A stretch of 64,000 bases of DNA from Antedon mediterranea (Eukaryota; Animalia; Echinodermata): positions 26,275,175-26,339,174 of the forward strand of contig NC_092677.1 of NCBI RefSeq assembly GCF_964355755.1, read 5' to 3'. Each line of letters starts with the position of its first letter. Positions within the stretch are counted from its first letter, which is position 1. Below the pieces are notes generated by a model that was given only the letters and a program-made list of their open reading frames with translations, was not told where the DNA came from and made no database searches. The translations under genes and the position numbers were made by a program. Positions 49,693 to 59,905 of the stretch are shown piece after piece.

Positions 49693-50811
49693 TTAAATCA
49701 TTTTATATCTATGCAATGCATTACTGTCATCTGTAACTATTAGGATTTGTTGTCCACTATCATCTTCAGTAATACACATTCCACGTGGCCTCAAAAGCTC
49801 ATCTCTTAGAGATATTTCTCCATAAAACTTTCCGTTCGCGTGGTACACCATCACCGCGTGTTTATAACTCATCTTTGACCATCCACTATCAATAACAACA
49901 CTGACGAATATCTTGTCTTCGTGATCAACAATCACACCTCTTACAAGATAGCCAACAGGAATTGATCTAAGAAATCGAAAAGTACCGGAACCATCAAATA
50001 CTTGTAAACGACGGTTGTCGCAATCTGACACAATCCAGTCACCCTTGCTAGTGATTGCTACAAACCATGGATGTTTAAACTGTCCATAGTCTTTTCCCTG
50101 AAAGCCAAATTTTCGTTTAAATCTCCCATCATTCTCGAACATGTACATGCAGCAGTGATCATAATCTACAACGAGTATTTCGTTATTTTTTGTCATTGCA
50201 ATACCATTTGGTTTCTTCAAGACGTCTTTACCAAAACGCTGATGTACGGTACCATCTGAATCGCATACAAACACTTCGTGGTTGTTCATATCTGTTATGT
50301 ACAGCACGCCTGTGTTTGCTATACAGATACCGAATGGGTTGAAAGGTCCCATGTTGGTTTCCTTAATTTCGAACGATCGCAGATGTTCCCCAGACTTATT
50401 GATAACCACAATACGTTGCTTTTCTGTAATGAAGATCTCACCATTAAAAGCTGCGATATCATGCGCACCTTTATAGCTTCCTTGTCCAAATCGTAAACTA
50501 GGCTGATTTAACGGTGGTAAAATTGCTAAATCTTTTGGCGAGTTCCAAAGTTGTACTTCATTCACCAACGCATGGATCTTAAAAGTACCACTCAATGTCG
50601 GACGGAACTCATACTCGTGACTTGTCTCTTTCTTCTGACATTGGACTACACCTCCACCAGGCTTATCTACTCGTATGGTTACTTCTAGGTCTGTAGTTTC
50701 TTCCCCGGCAGAACTTTTGCATTGAACACCAAAGAGTGCACGCCCAAGGCGTTTATCATACCGTGCGTCTGTGATCTTTGATTTTGTAGTATCAACGGAC
50801 GAAACTGACAT
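49693..50811 (-). CDS. Filamin-NHL protein paralog with decayed RING upstream, 372 aa (RING-less gene or recent pseudogene)
   Basis: Intact filamin plus NHL ORF from an ATG at 50811. Upstream 50812-51025 reads IASNQSIEYLTQCSIHMGN*KQTFSKDGLKR...(frameshift)YQLPKDYTK, a RING relic with a stop at 50949-50951 and lost cysteines. Confidence 0.8.
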   Translation of the reverse strand: MSVSSVDTTKSKITDARYDKRLGRALFGVQCKSSAGEETTDLEVTIRVDKPGGGVVQCQKKETSHEYEFRPTLSGTFKIHALVNEVQLWNSPKDLAILPPLNQPSLRFGQGSYKGAHDIAAFNGEIFITEKQRIVVINKSGEHLRSFEIKETNMGPFNPFGICIANTGVLYITDMNNHEVFVCDSDGTVHQRFGKDVLKKPNGIAMTKNNEILVVDYDHCCMYMFENDGRFKRKFGFQGKDYGQFKHPWFVAITSKGDWIVSDCDNRRLQVFDGSGTFRFLRSIPVGYLVRGVIVDHEDKIFVSVVIDSGWSKMSYKHAVMVYHANGKFYGEISLRDELLRPRGMCITEDDSGQQILIVTDDSNALHRYKMI

Positions 50812-51248
50812 TTTGGTATAGTCTTTCGGAAGCTGATATATAGCGTACCTAGTTGTGTCTCAATGTATTTGACAACTTTTTCAGAACTTTTCTTTTTTTC
50901 TGAACGCGTTTCAGAGCGTTTCAAACCGTCTTTGCTAAACGTCTGTTTCTAATTTCCCATGTGAATTGAACATTGTGTAAGATATTCAATACTTTGGTTG
51001 CTTGCAATTTCTTGCTGTTTCAAGCCTAAAAATGTAAAGATATTTTATTTTATATCTCAAATCAACAGTATTTAAGGAACAATGAGTGACCAATAATTCT
51101 AAAATATTCAGCCGATTCTGCAGCTGCCACTAGATACAGCTATCAGACAGACTATTGCAAGTCATCTAGAAACCAATCTAAACGGGTATGACAATTATAT
51201 TACAGAACACAACTTCATTGTTTCGTTCGATAATGAATGAATCAACAG

Positions 51249-51470
51249 TAGCGGAGCTGTAACTTGGTGTTTAACGTGCTTGCCTTCCAATCCCAGGGTT
51301 CAGAGTTTAATCCTTACCTAGTGCATGCCAGGGTTGTAACTCTCACAATCTTTCAACTCCACTCTCTAAGCTTCAAATGAGATTTGGTTTATGCACGATC
51401 AATTATAAAATAGTTTATCCATCTTGTAATTGGCGAGATTGTGCTCGCCGTTGGATGCGTATGAAATTAA
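51249..51470 (+). mobile_element. Degenerate tRNA-derived SINE
   Basis: GGAGCTGTAACTTGGTGTTTAACGTGCTTGCCTTCCAATCCCAGGGTTCAGAGTTTAATCC has tRNA-like A-box and B-box spacing but no intact cloverleaf; right boundary approximate. Confidence 0.5.
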
Positions 51471-51898
51471 AAAACACATTTCTAAAATTCCACTAACGTA
51501 GATTCTAACTCATCTAATGATTAACGACAAACGACCCGGTTTAATCGAAATAGAAAATTGGGATTGTAGATGTTTAGCTTTATTTTCCAACTAATTGAAT
51601 GAATCGGAAATTTTATATAACTAAAACGTTTAATTGGTAATAAAAGCAATTGAATACCAACCTTTGGATAGAAGAAACTAAACCTATTCTGTAAATTTAG
51701 CTTGAAATTCACATAATAAAATAAAATGCACAGCTCTTATGTTATCTTCTGGTGTAAGAGCAAGGTCCACAGTTGAACTAATACTCAGCTTATAAGGTGG
51801 AAGATTATCTGATACGGATATAGGCCTTTAAATAGTACCAGCGGATGCTTTAAATTCAACTATGGAAATGTACTGTCTAATAAACAAATGATCAAAAA

Positions 51899-52006
51899 CT
51901 ACACCTCTTACAAGATACAACAGGAAATTAGAAATCGAAATGTACCGGAACCATCAAATACGTACGTGTAAACAACGGTTGTCGCAATCTGAAACAATCC
52001 AGTCAC
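51899..52006 (-). pseudogene. NHL-repeat gene fragment
   Basis: acacctcttacaagata...gtaccggaaccatcaaata...cggttgtcgcaatctgaaacaatccagtcac is nearly identical to the DWIVSDCDNRRLQVFDGSGTF...LVRGV segment of the paralogs, with indels. Confidence 0.85.
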
Positions 52007-52677
52007 AAAACGTTATTAGAATCAAAGATGCATTTATAATCGTATAAACGTTAGAAACAAAATAAAACATAAAATAAACCGATTCACTGACTGTTTTTAT
52101 TTGCATTTATAACAATTGAATACACGAATACAATAAACGATGCAGGCCTATTGACATATGGGATAAATTGAAAATACAGTGCCTTACTATGATGAGACAA
52201 TGACCGTAAAATGTGCAAGAAATGGTGGATGTTACATTGCCTTATTTTAACAAGGTCATATAAAATGCGTGCTCAATTTAGTGTTTACCGACCAACCGAC
52301 CGACCGACCAACCCACCGACATAGTGAGCTTTAAATTCATCCATTTATCTATACACCTATACATTTTAGTAATAATGCCTACAAGATAATCGTAATACAA
52401 TTGTTATCGTTAAAAACCGTACAATATTCTTATAATTATGAATTTTATAACATATAGGCCTAAAAGTAACATTTTCATAATATTTAAACTTCAAAAGCTC
52501 AAGAGCATATACAAATGCTAAAAACACGAAACTATTTTTGTTGTTTTTTTACACAGCGGACTAAAATAGACAAAATAACAGATAGAAAGGCTATAGCCTA
52601 TACTTATAATAATTCAACAATATAGGCGCTAATTAGGCCTAATGCTGCAGGTCTTTTAGAGAAATGTTGCAGTATTT

Positions 52678-54264
52678 TCAAGAGATTATGCACCTACGGG
52701 AGGCTTCCCTTTCATGTATGTGGAATTCTCCCTTCGAATCAACATAACCTGTAACTTCTTTTTGCTGATCTGTTTCTCCAGATGAAATATGAAATGAAGA
52801 ATTACCCTGACCATAAAGAGATAGTTTTACGTTCTTGTAACTGGTTACTTTGTCAGCCTCCAACTTGGTCATGAACGCTTGTAGTAGTCTTCGTAGTCCA
52901 GCCTGTTCCGTTGTTTGTTCAGCGCCCTCATTTCCACAAAGTTTGAGTATGATGTTTGCAAGTGTACGTTTGTTTATCTCATCGACGCAAAACTGAAAGA
53001 TTAAAACAAAATTTGATTTATTCAACAATCATCAACATTGTTATATCATAGAACAAAAGATTACCGATATTATTTATGCAATAGCTTATGTTTTCTTTCA
53101 AATCATATTTGTTTCTGTTTTCTTTCTCTGAATTATTGTTTTTTTATGTAAATGTTTTGAAATGAAATAAATAAATCTGGAAAAAAAAGAAAGGTTTAAA
53201 GCAACATTAATAAATTATTTTAATGACTGTGAAAATGATTGCTAACATCAGCCGTAGGTATAATAATCTCGGGTTGAAATAAATTGAAACCGTTTTAAAA
53301 CCACAGATTTTAAATCCAGTTAATTCATTTCAATGAACAATAGAAATTATCTTTCATTTGCTTAATAATCACATAAAATACATCGGGTGTCTATGATTAA
53401 TTGCAACAAGTAATCATACTTTTTCGAACAGTCCTAATGTTGTAATGTAAACAAGTTTAAACGTACAAATCAGGTTCGATTGATTATTCTTATTTCTAGT
53501 ACATTTTGTTCACCATGGGTGAAAAAATGGAGAAAACACTGAACAATACCTTTAATTATTACAAATTGAATATATTATGAATAATATTTATTAAAGACCT
53601 ACCATGACTTCTTCGCGGTGTTTATCATTCTGGTGAACCATTACAGTATACTTGACATTCTTGCTGTTAAATGTAACTTGTTCTCCATTCAAGCCACAAA
53701 ATATTAGCTTTAAGTTAGAAAACCCCTTTTCTCGAAACGAACTTGTGAAATATTTCCAATGAGATAGAAGCTTTGTCCAATATTGAACGTCTGGTTCAGA
53801 AGAACTGACACGTGCATCAACAGAAGTGAAGTCTTCAAAAACACGAGACATCCTTCCGTGACTTTCATCGTCTGCAAGACACGAACAATCTTGAAAGTCT
53901 ACGATCAACTATAAAATACAATGTATTTTAAAAAAAAAGTAGTAAATATCTCGTAGTAAAATGACTTAGTTATGCAAGTTTGTACGTCATCATGAGTAAA
54001 AGTGTATTACTTTTATATAAAATAAAAAAAGAGCATTACATTGGTATTTACTCTCCCTTTGTTTATCGTCACTTTCATCGTGTATTCGCCAACAGTCGCT
54101 TCACAGAATGCTGTTTCCGATTTAATAGTACCGCGCGTCTCTCCTGTTTTTGTTTGAAGAAACTCGGCACACTTGCTGGCAAACTGACGTCGTGCATCGG
54201 TTGTTTTGTTTTTAAATAAATTGTTTAAAGCTGATTCAAGTTTGTTCTTACTAAACTCACTCAT
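52678..54264 (-). CDS. Uncharacterised 277-aa protein with C-terminal CaaX box (CIIS)
   Basis: Exons 54264-54052, 53908-53603 and 52992-52678; GT-AG, all phase 0, 834 nt open. Ends REASRRCIIS*. Acceptor 9 nt before the ATG and a likely 5' leader exon with donor GTAAGA at 55194. Confidence 0.8.
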
Positions 54265-54407
54265 ATCAATTTCCTGCAAAAATTAGACCTGTATTAGAAA
54301 TTGGCGTCAATTGCAGGTGAAAGCATAAATGAATGTTGTTAGGAATGCTGTAGTAGTAGATTGGCTTTCAGTTCCATAGCCGTTCCATGGAACGTCTGTA
54401 CATTTAA

Positions 54408-55005
54408 AGCCCCATTCCCAACGTTTTTTATATCTATTTTAAGGTTACAAACTACATTTCATGTAAAAATAAATACTACATGGCCCTATTGAGATAACTT
54501 TTTTCGTCTTTAAATGGTTAAAAATGTGAAAAATAAGGAGATTCTCATAATTATAACGGCCCGCTATAAATCTTTTGGTAACATGTATTGGGCGCGGATT
54601 GATATTTTTGTTTTTCTTCTGTAATTCACCCACTTTTCGATCGATCGTGACGCCATAAACAATTAGAAGATTCCTAATCCTAACTTTTCAGCGAAAATAC
54701 TGGAAAATACTCCCCCAATTGTTATCAACAGAGTCTGGCAAAACAGAAAGATAATCAATGCAGCAACTATACAACGTCAGGCTAGGCCTATAGCTAGCGT
54801 ACGATGTTCGTACGTTACCGATGTTTACCAGCTTGGCCTACAAAACTAAGCCTAGCTAGGTTAGGCCTAAAGACAGCCAGCGAGAGGACAATCACCACGA
54901 GCTACTTAGATAGTGTATTGTTTCTCTATGGCCTGGTTTAATGTTTTTAAAGTAATATATATGCATTACTTTTACAAAACGTCACAAATTGTAGGGAATG
55001 GGACT
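54408..55005. mobile_element. Non-autonomous TIR element with TTAA-type target (Kolobok-like)
   Basis: TTAA|AGCCCCATTCCCAAC...GTAGGGAATGGGACT|TCAA inverted termini, in the first intron of the CaaX gene. Confidence 0.65.
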
Positions 55006-55359
55006 TCAAATTTATAAATCCAAATATCATTTGACGTCGTATCCCCAATTAACAATTTAAGGATATCATAGATGAATATTATAATGTAAAAAATAAAATA
55101 ATCTTCCGCTACAACATTAGAGCCAGTAGGCTAATATTACTACAATTAAAAATAGAATACCTATCCGTGTGAATATAAATAAAATAAATCTTACCGTTTC
55201 CTTAATTGATTCTGTCTTTCCAATCAGCAAAACAAACCACTCACAAAATTGTGAAAAAATTACTCCCATCAACATAGATTGCCTGACCACAATTAAGAAC
55301 AGACTCTCAGCGAAGACTGGTGTGTACTAACAACATTTTTTTAGTTTCTATAGAGATAT

Positions 55360-55402
55360 CCATTGACGTCACTTCTTACAAAATATCCAATGGAAATTCC
55401 AA
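55360..55402 (-). promoter_or_regulatory. Putative promoter of the CaaX gene: CRE palindrome plus kB-like site
   Basis: TGACGTCA at 55364-55371, CCAAT at 55387 and TGGAAATTCC at 55391-55400, just upstream of the inferred leader exon. Confidence 0.4.
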
Positions 55403-58379
55403 TTTTATAGTTTTTGTTTGATGATGTATATTGTTATCGTTACCAAGTGAACATATAATAGTGAATATATAATAATGAATGTCCATTTGTATTGCGCCAT
55501 TCCAACAATCATTAATTCATGACGCTCTCGACTTAGATGTTACACGCCTATATTCTTCTCTCCTAAATTGATTGAATGTTTTGAGTTCGGAAATTGAGAT
55601 TGTCTACGTTTGAAACCGTATGGTTGGTTGATGTTCTGAATTTAATGTAACGTAACTCAACATGACAGAGGTAAACTTAATATCAGAATTTTTTTATCTA
55701 ACATTGTCAAGCCAAATTATAGGCCTAGTGGCTGAAAAGGCGCCATTAAATTTAATTTCTTTCAACTGAGTGTCTTGATTTGTTTTTTAGCAGGTAACAT
55801 TAACTAAACAAATTCAGTCGTCCATTAGCTGTAAAGTTATTTACTTTTAGATCCTCTTCATTCCATCCCACCAAAATTCGTTAGAAATATTTTAACAACA
55901 CTCGTTACAGTAGAATTAAATATTATAATTATAAAGAATATTAGTAGTATAAGTACTTATTGTTTTCTTACTTTGTACCGTAATAAAATATTTGAAATTT
56001 GTCTCATAGGCCTAATTATGGAGCGGTTCCACTTTTTGTGATTTACGTTTAATTATTAGATAGAATTAATAGCATAACATTGTTGTTTCACCCAGCATCG
56101 GTATACCAATTAATATTAAAACTTTAAATTACCGGTACAGCCAATTAAATTATTACAGGCCTTACTTCTTTCTATATTTAAATCAATTAATTTAAAATTC
56201 AACAGTCAGTATAATAATAATAACAGTGGCTTTCGAAAAATATCATTAAATTAATTTAATTAAATTAAATATTATATTAATATCATTAATATATTATTTG
56301 ATGTTAATAATACAATTAAATAATTAAAAAACATATTGTATAAAGCCTATTTATTGACTTATATCCAAAGCCTTCGATATAATTAACCATACCATTTTAA
56401 TAAATAAACGTAACGCTTATAGAATAAAAGGCACTCATTTGAATGGGGTTTGTAGCCCATTTTGAAGGCAAAAAAACCAGTTTATAATTCTAGGCTCATC
56501 AACGAGAGATATTACTTGCGGCGTCCCTCGAGGCAATATCAAAATTAACTACTGGTCATTTTCAATCGATTTTGGTGTCATTTTCTGTAGAATACATTTA
56601 TATTTGTAGTAAATGTTTGAAACATTTTAACATGAAATGAACTGGAGATACAATTTATGACCTTTGACATTTATACGATTTTTAATTATGTGAACATACT
56701 GTATATATAAATGCATCGATTTTTTTTAACAGAATAAATGACATGTCCAGAAATTATTATTCTGAATTTGTTTCTCTTGATCTGATTTAAATAATAACAA
56801 TAACAATTTGGTAAAATATGATAGATGACTGAGAAACATTCCGACAATCTCAGTTCTTACAATCCGCATTACATCCACATTGGACCTAATGATGTACAAT
56901 CTCCCACTTTTGCAGCTCTCCACATGCTTTCGACACTTCTGGAAGATCAGATCAGTGGGAAACAAATCCACTGCCATCAACTTTCCTTTCGATAATTAGT
57001 TATTGACAATTAAAACGAATTTAGGTTCAACGATTTGCCCCAAATAGGGGTGTTTTTCGATCGTGGTATACACTGTCTAATGGATGCCCATCTTGAAAAA
57101 TACCCACAGACAATAATACGAGAATGCTTCGCATTTTCCTATATCCTCCTACGATAATTGTTTTTATTGGCTGAAAACCGGTTGAACAGCTCGAGTACAG
57201 CATCATAATGTTGAAGACAGGCCGATTTTCTTTAAAAAATACTATTTTGATAGATTTAATATACGTTTATACAAATGTATTGATTTGCGATGAATGGAAC
57301 ATTCCAATCTTTGTTCCACAAGTGTCTATTCCCTCAGGCGTCGTAAAGGCAAGTACAGTATACTCATAACAGAAATTCGATCCATTTTTTTTTCAATTTG
57401 TGCTGCAAGAGGTTGGATATAGATTTTTTTAAACGGATAATGAGCTAGCGTTTTCCATCGCCGTATATTTATGTACAAATCTTTATTATTGAAGTTAAAT
57501 CACCCACATCATCACCCTTCCCTCACTGGCATGAGTAGCGTTGTAAAGCCAGTAGAGGATAGGCCTACAGTGCATCACATGCCCTAAACGTAGAACAACT
57601 TTGGTGGGTAGGGTAGGAACCAATTTAAGTATGAATTAGCTTTAAGAAACAATTGAAAACCATTAGTCCTACTAATTAGTTGAGTTAGATAATTTAATAT
57701 GTATTGACGATTAAATCGAATTTATGATTTGCTCCGAATAGAGGTGGTTTTCACAAATTGTTTTACATTATATAAACATATACACGTCGTAGTGATGTAT
57801 CGTTACACGTACTGTACTTTTCAATCGACTAGGACGGTGATAGTTTCAACAAAGTATTACATCGCAATGTTTTACTGTGTTTACTGGTGTATTATTTGTA
57901 AAACATGAAAACAATTAATATTTCGTTACTAAATGGATAAAGAATATATTTAAAAATTGTTCCTCTTTGCACCCATCCTCTTCCCCATCCCTCAACCCTA
58001 ATGTTACATATAAAACACAAATTAAGTTTGTTATTGGTCTCATTTTGTGACAAGTTTCTCTTTCGGAAGTAATTCCCAGGGTGCTAATTTTAGTTGAGTA
58101 CATAAATCACAGTGTCTATTTATTCGTTCCTGTAAACGACATGTATTATTATTATTATTTGAAATCGCAGTTTTTTAACGCTGAAATTATTACGTATTCG
58201 AGAACCATCTGTGGGCACGACCTAGATGGTACGCGAGCGAAGCGAGCGTACACAGCAAAATTTGAAATTCTAAGCAAGAAAAAAAAATCTTGTTTTAAGA
58301 AAAAATTCTTAAAATAAGTATTTTTTTTCTTGTCAAGATTTAAAATTACTTAAAACAAGAAATAATTTTCTAGAAAAGA

Positions 58380-59905
58380 CACATTTTCTTAAATTAAGTT
58401 TTGCAATATTCTTGAAAATGCTTATTACAAGAAATATTTTACTTAAAATAAGAAGTCAATATCATTCTCTTCTTATTAAGAATAGTTTTGCTTAAAACAA
58501 GATTTGAAAATACTTAATTTGAAAAGTATTTTACTTAAAATAAGAAATCTATATTTTATTTATCCCTATCAAGAATAATTTTTCTTAAATCAAGATTGAT
58601 GAATTATAAAAATTACTTAAAACAATCAATATTTTTCTAGGTAAGACAAAGTTTCTTAAATTAGGTTTCGCAATAGTCTTGAAAATACTTGTTTTGAGAA
58701 ATATTTTACTTAAAATAAGAAGTCAATTTCACACTACCCTTATCAAGATTATTTTTACTTGAATCAAGATTCGCAATATTCTTGAAAATGCTTATTACAA
58801 GAAATATTTTACTTAAAATAAGAAGTCAATATCATTCTCTTCTTATTAAGAATAGTTTTGCTTAAAACAAGATTTGAAAATACTTAATTTGAAAAGTATT
58901 TTACTTAAAATAAGAAATCAATATTATATTTATTCCTATCAAGAATAATTTTTCTTAAATCAAGATTGATGAATTCTAAAAATTACTTAAAACAATAAAT
59001 ATTTTTCTAGGTAAGACAAAGTTTCTTAAATTAGGTTTCGCAATATTCTTAAAAATACTTATTTTGAGAAATGTTTTACTTAAAATAAGAAGTCAATATC
59101 ATAATATCTTATCAAGACTATTTTTGCTTAAATTGAGATTCGCAATATTTTTAAAAATACTTATTTTGAGAAATGTTTTACTTAAAATAAGAAATCAATA
59201 TCATAATATCTTATCAAGACTATTTTTGCTTAAATTGAGATTCGCAATATTTTTAAAAATACTTATTTTGAGAAATGTTTTACTTAAAATAAGAAGTCAA
59301 TATCATACTATCTTATCAAGACTATTTTTACTTGAATCAAGATTCGCAATATTCTTAAAAATACTTATTTCGAGAAATGTTTTACTTAAAATAAGAAGTC
59401 AATATCATACTATCTTATCAAGACTATTTTTGCTTAAATTGAGATTCGCAATATTTTAAAAAATACTTATTTTGAAAAATGTTTTACTTAAAATAAGAAG
59501 TCAATATCATACTATCCTATCAAGACTATTTTTGCTTGAATTCAGATTCGCAATATTCTGATTTTGAGAAATGTTTTACTTAAAATAAGAAGTCAATATC
59601 ATACTATCTTATCAAGACTATTTTTACTTGAATCAAGATTCGCAATATTCTTTAAAATACTTATTTTGAGAAATGTTTTACTTAAAATAAGAAGTCAATA
59701 TCATACTATCTTATCAAGACTATTTTTGCTTAAATTGAGATTCGCAATATTTTTAAAAATACTTATTTTGAGAAATGGTTTACTTAAGATAAGAAGTCAA
59801 TATCATACTATATCCTATCAAGACTATTTTTGCTTGAATTGAAGTCAATTCTATTTTAATATTCTTAAAAATACTTATTTTGAGAAATGTTTTACTTAAA
59901 ATAGA
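58380..59905. repeat. Tandem array: two ~370-bp units, then about 8 copies of a 102-bp unit
   Basis: attttgagaaatgttttacttaaaataagaagtcaatatc... at 59061, 59163, 59265 and onward; larger duplication starting at 58403 and 58773. Confidence 0.92.

Noticed and set aside
51249-51330. tRNA gene
   Set aside because: Degenerate A and B boxes and no closable cloverleaf; treated as a SINE head.
52250-52335. (ACCG)n tract plus gacatagtga motif also seen near 40375
   Set aside because: Probably fragments of a Helentron-associated or similar repeat, but too short to classify.
56400-57560. Possible transposon or gene remnant with an 84-aa ORF and a terminal hairpin near 57525
   Set aside because: No recognisable domain or paired termini; too weak to call.
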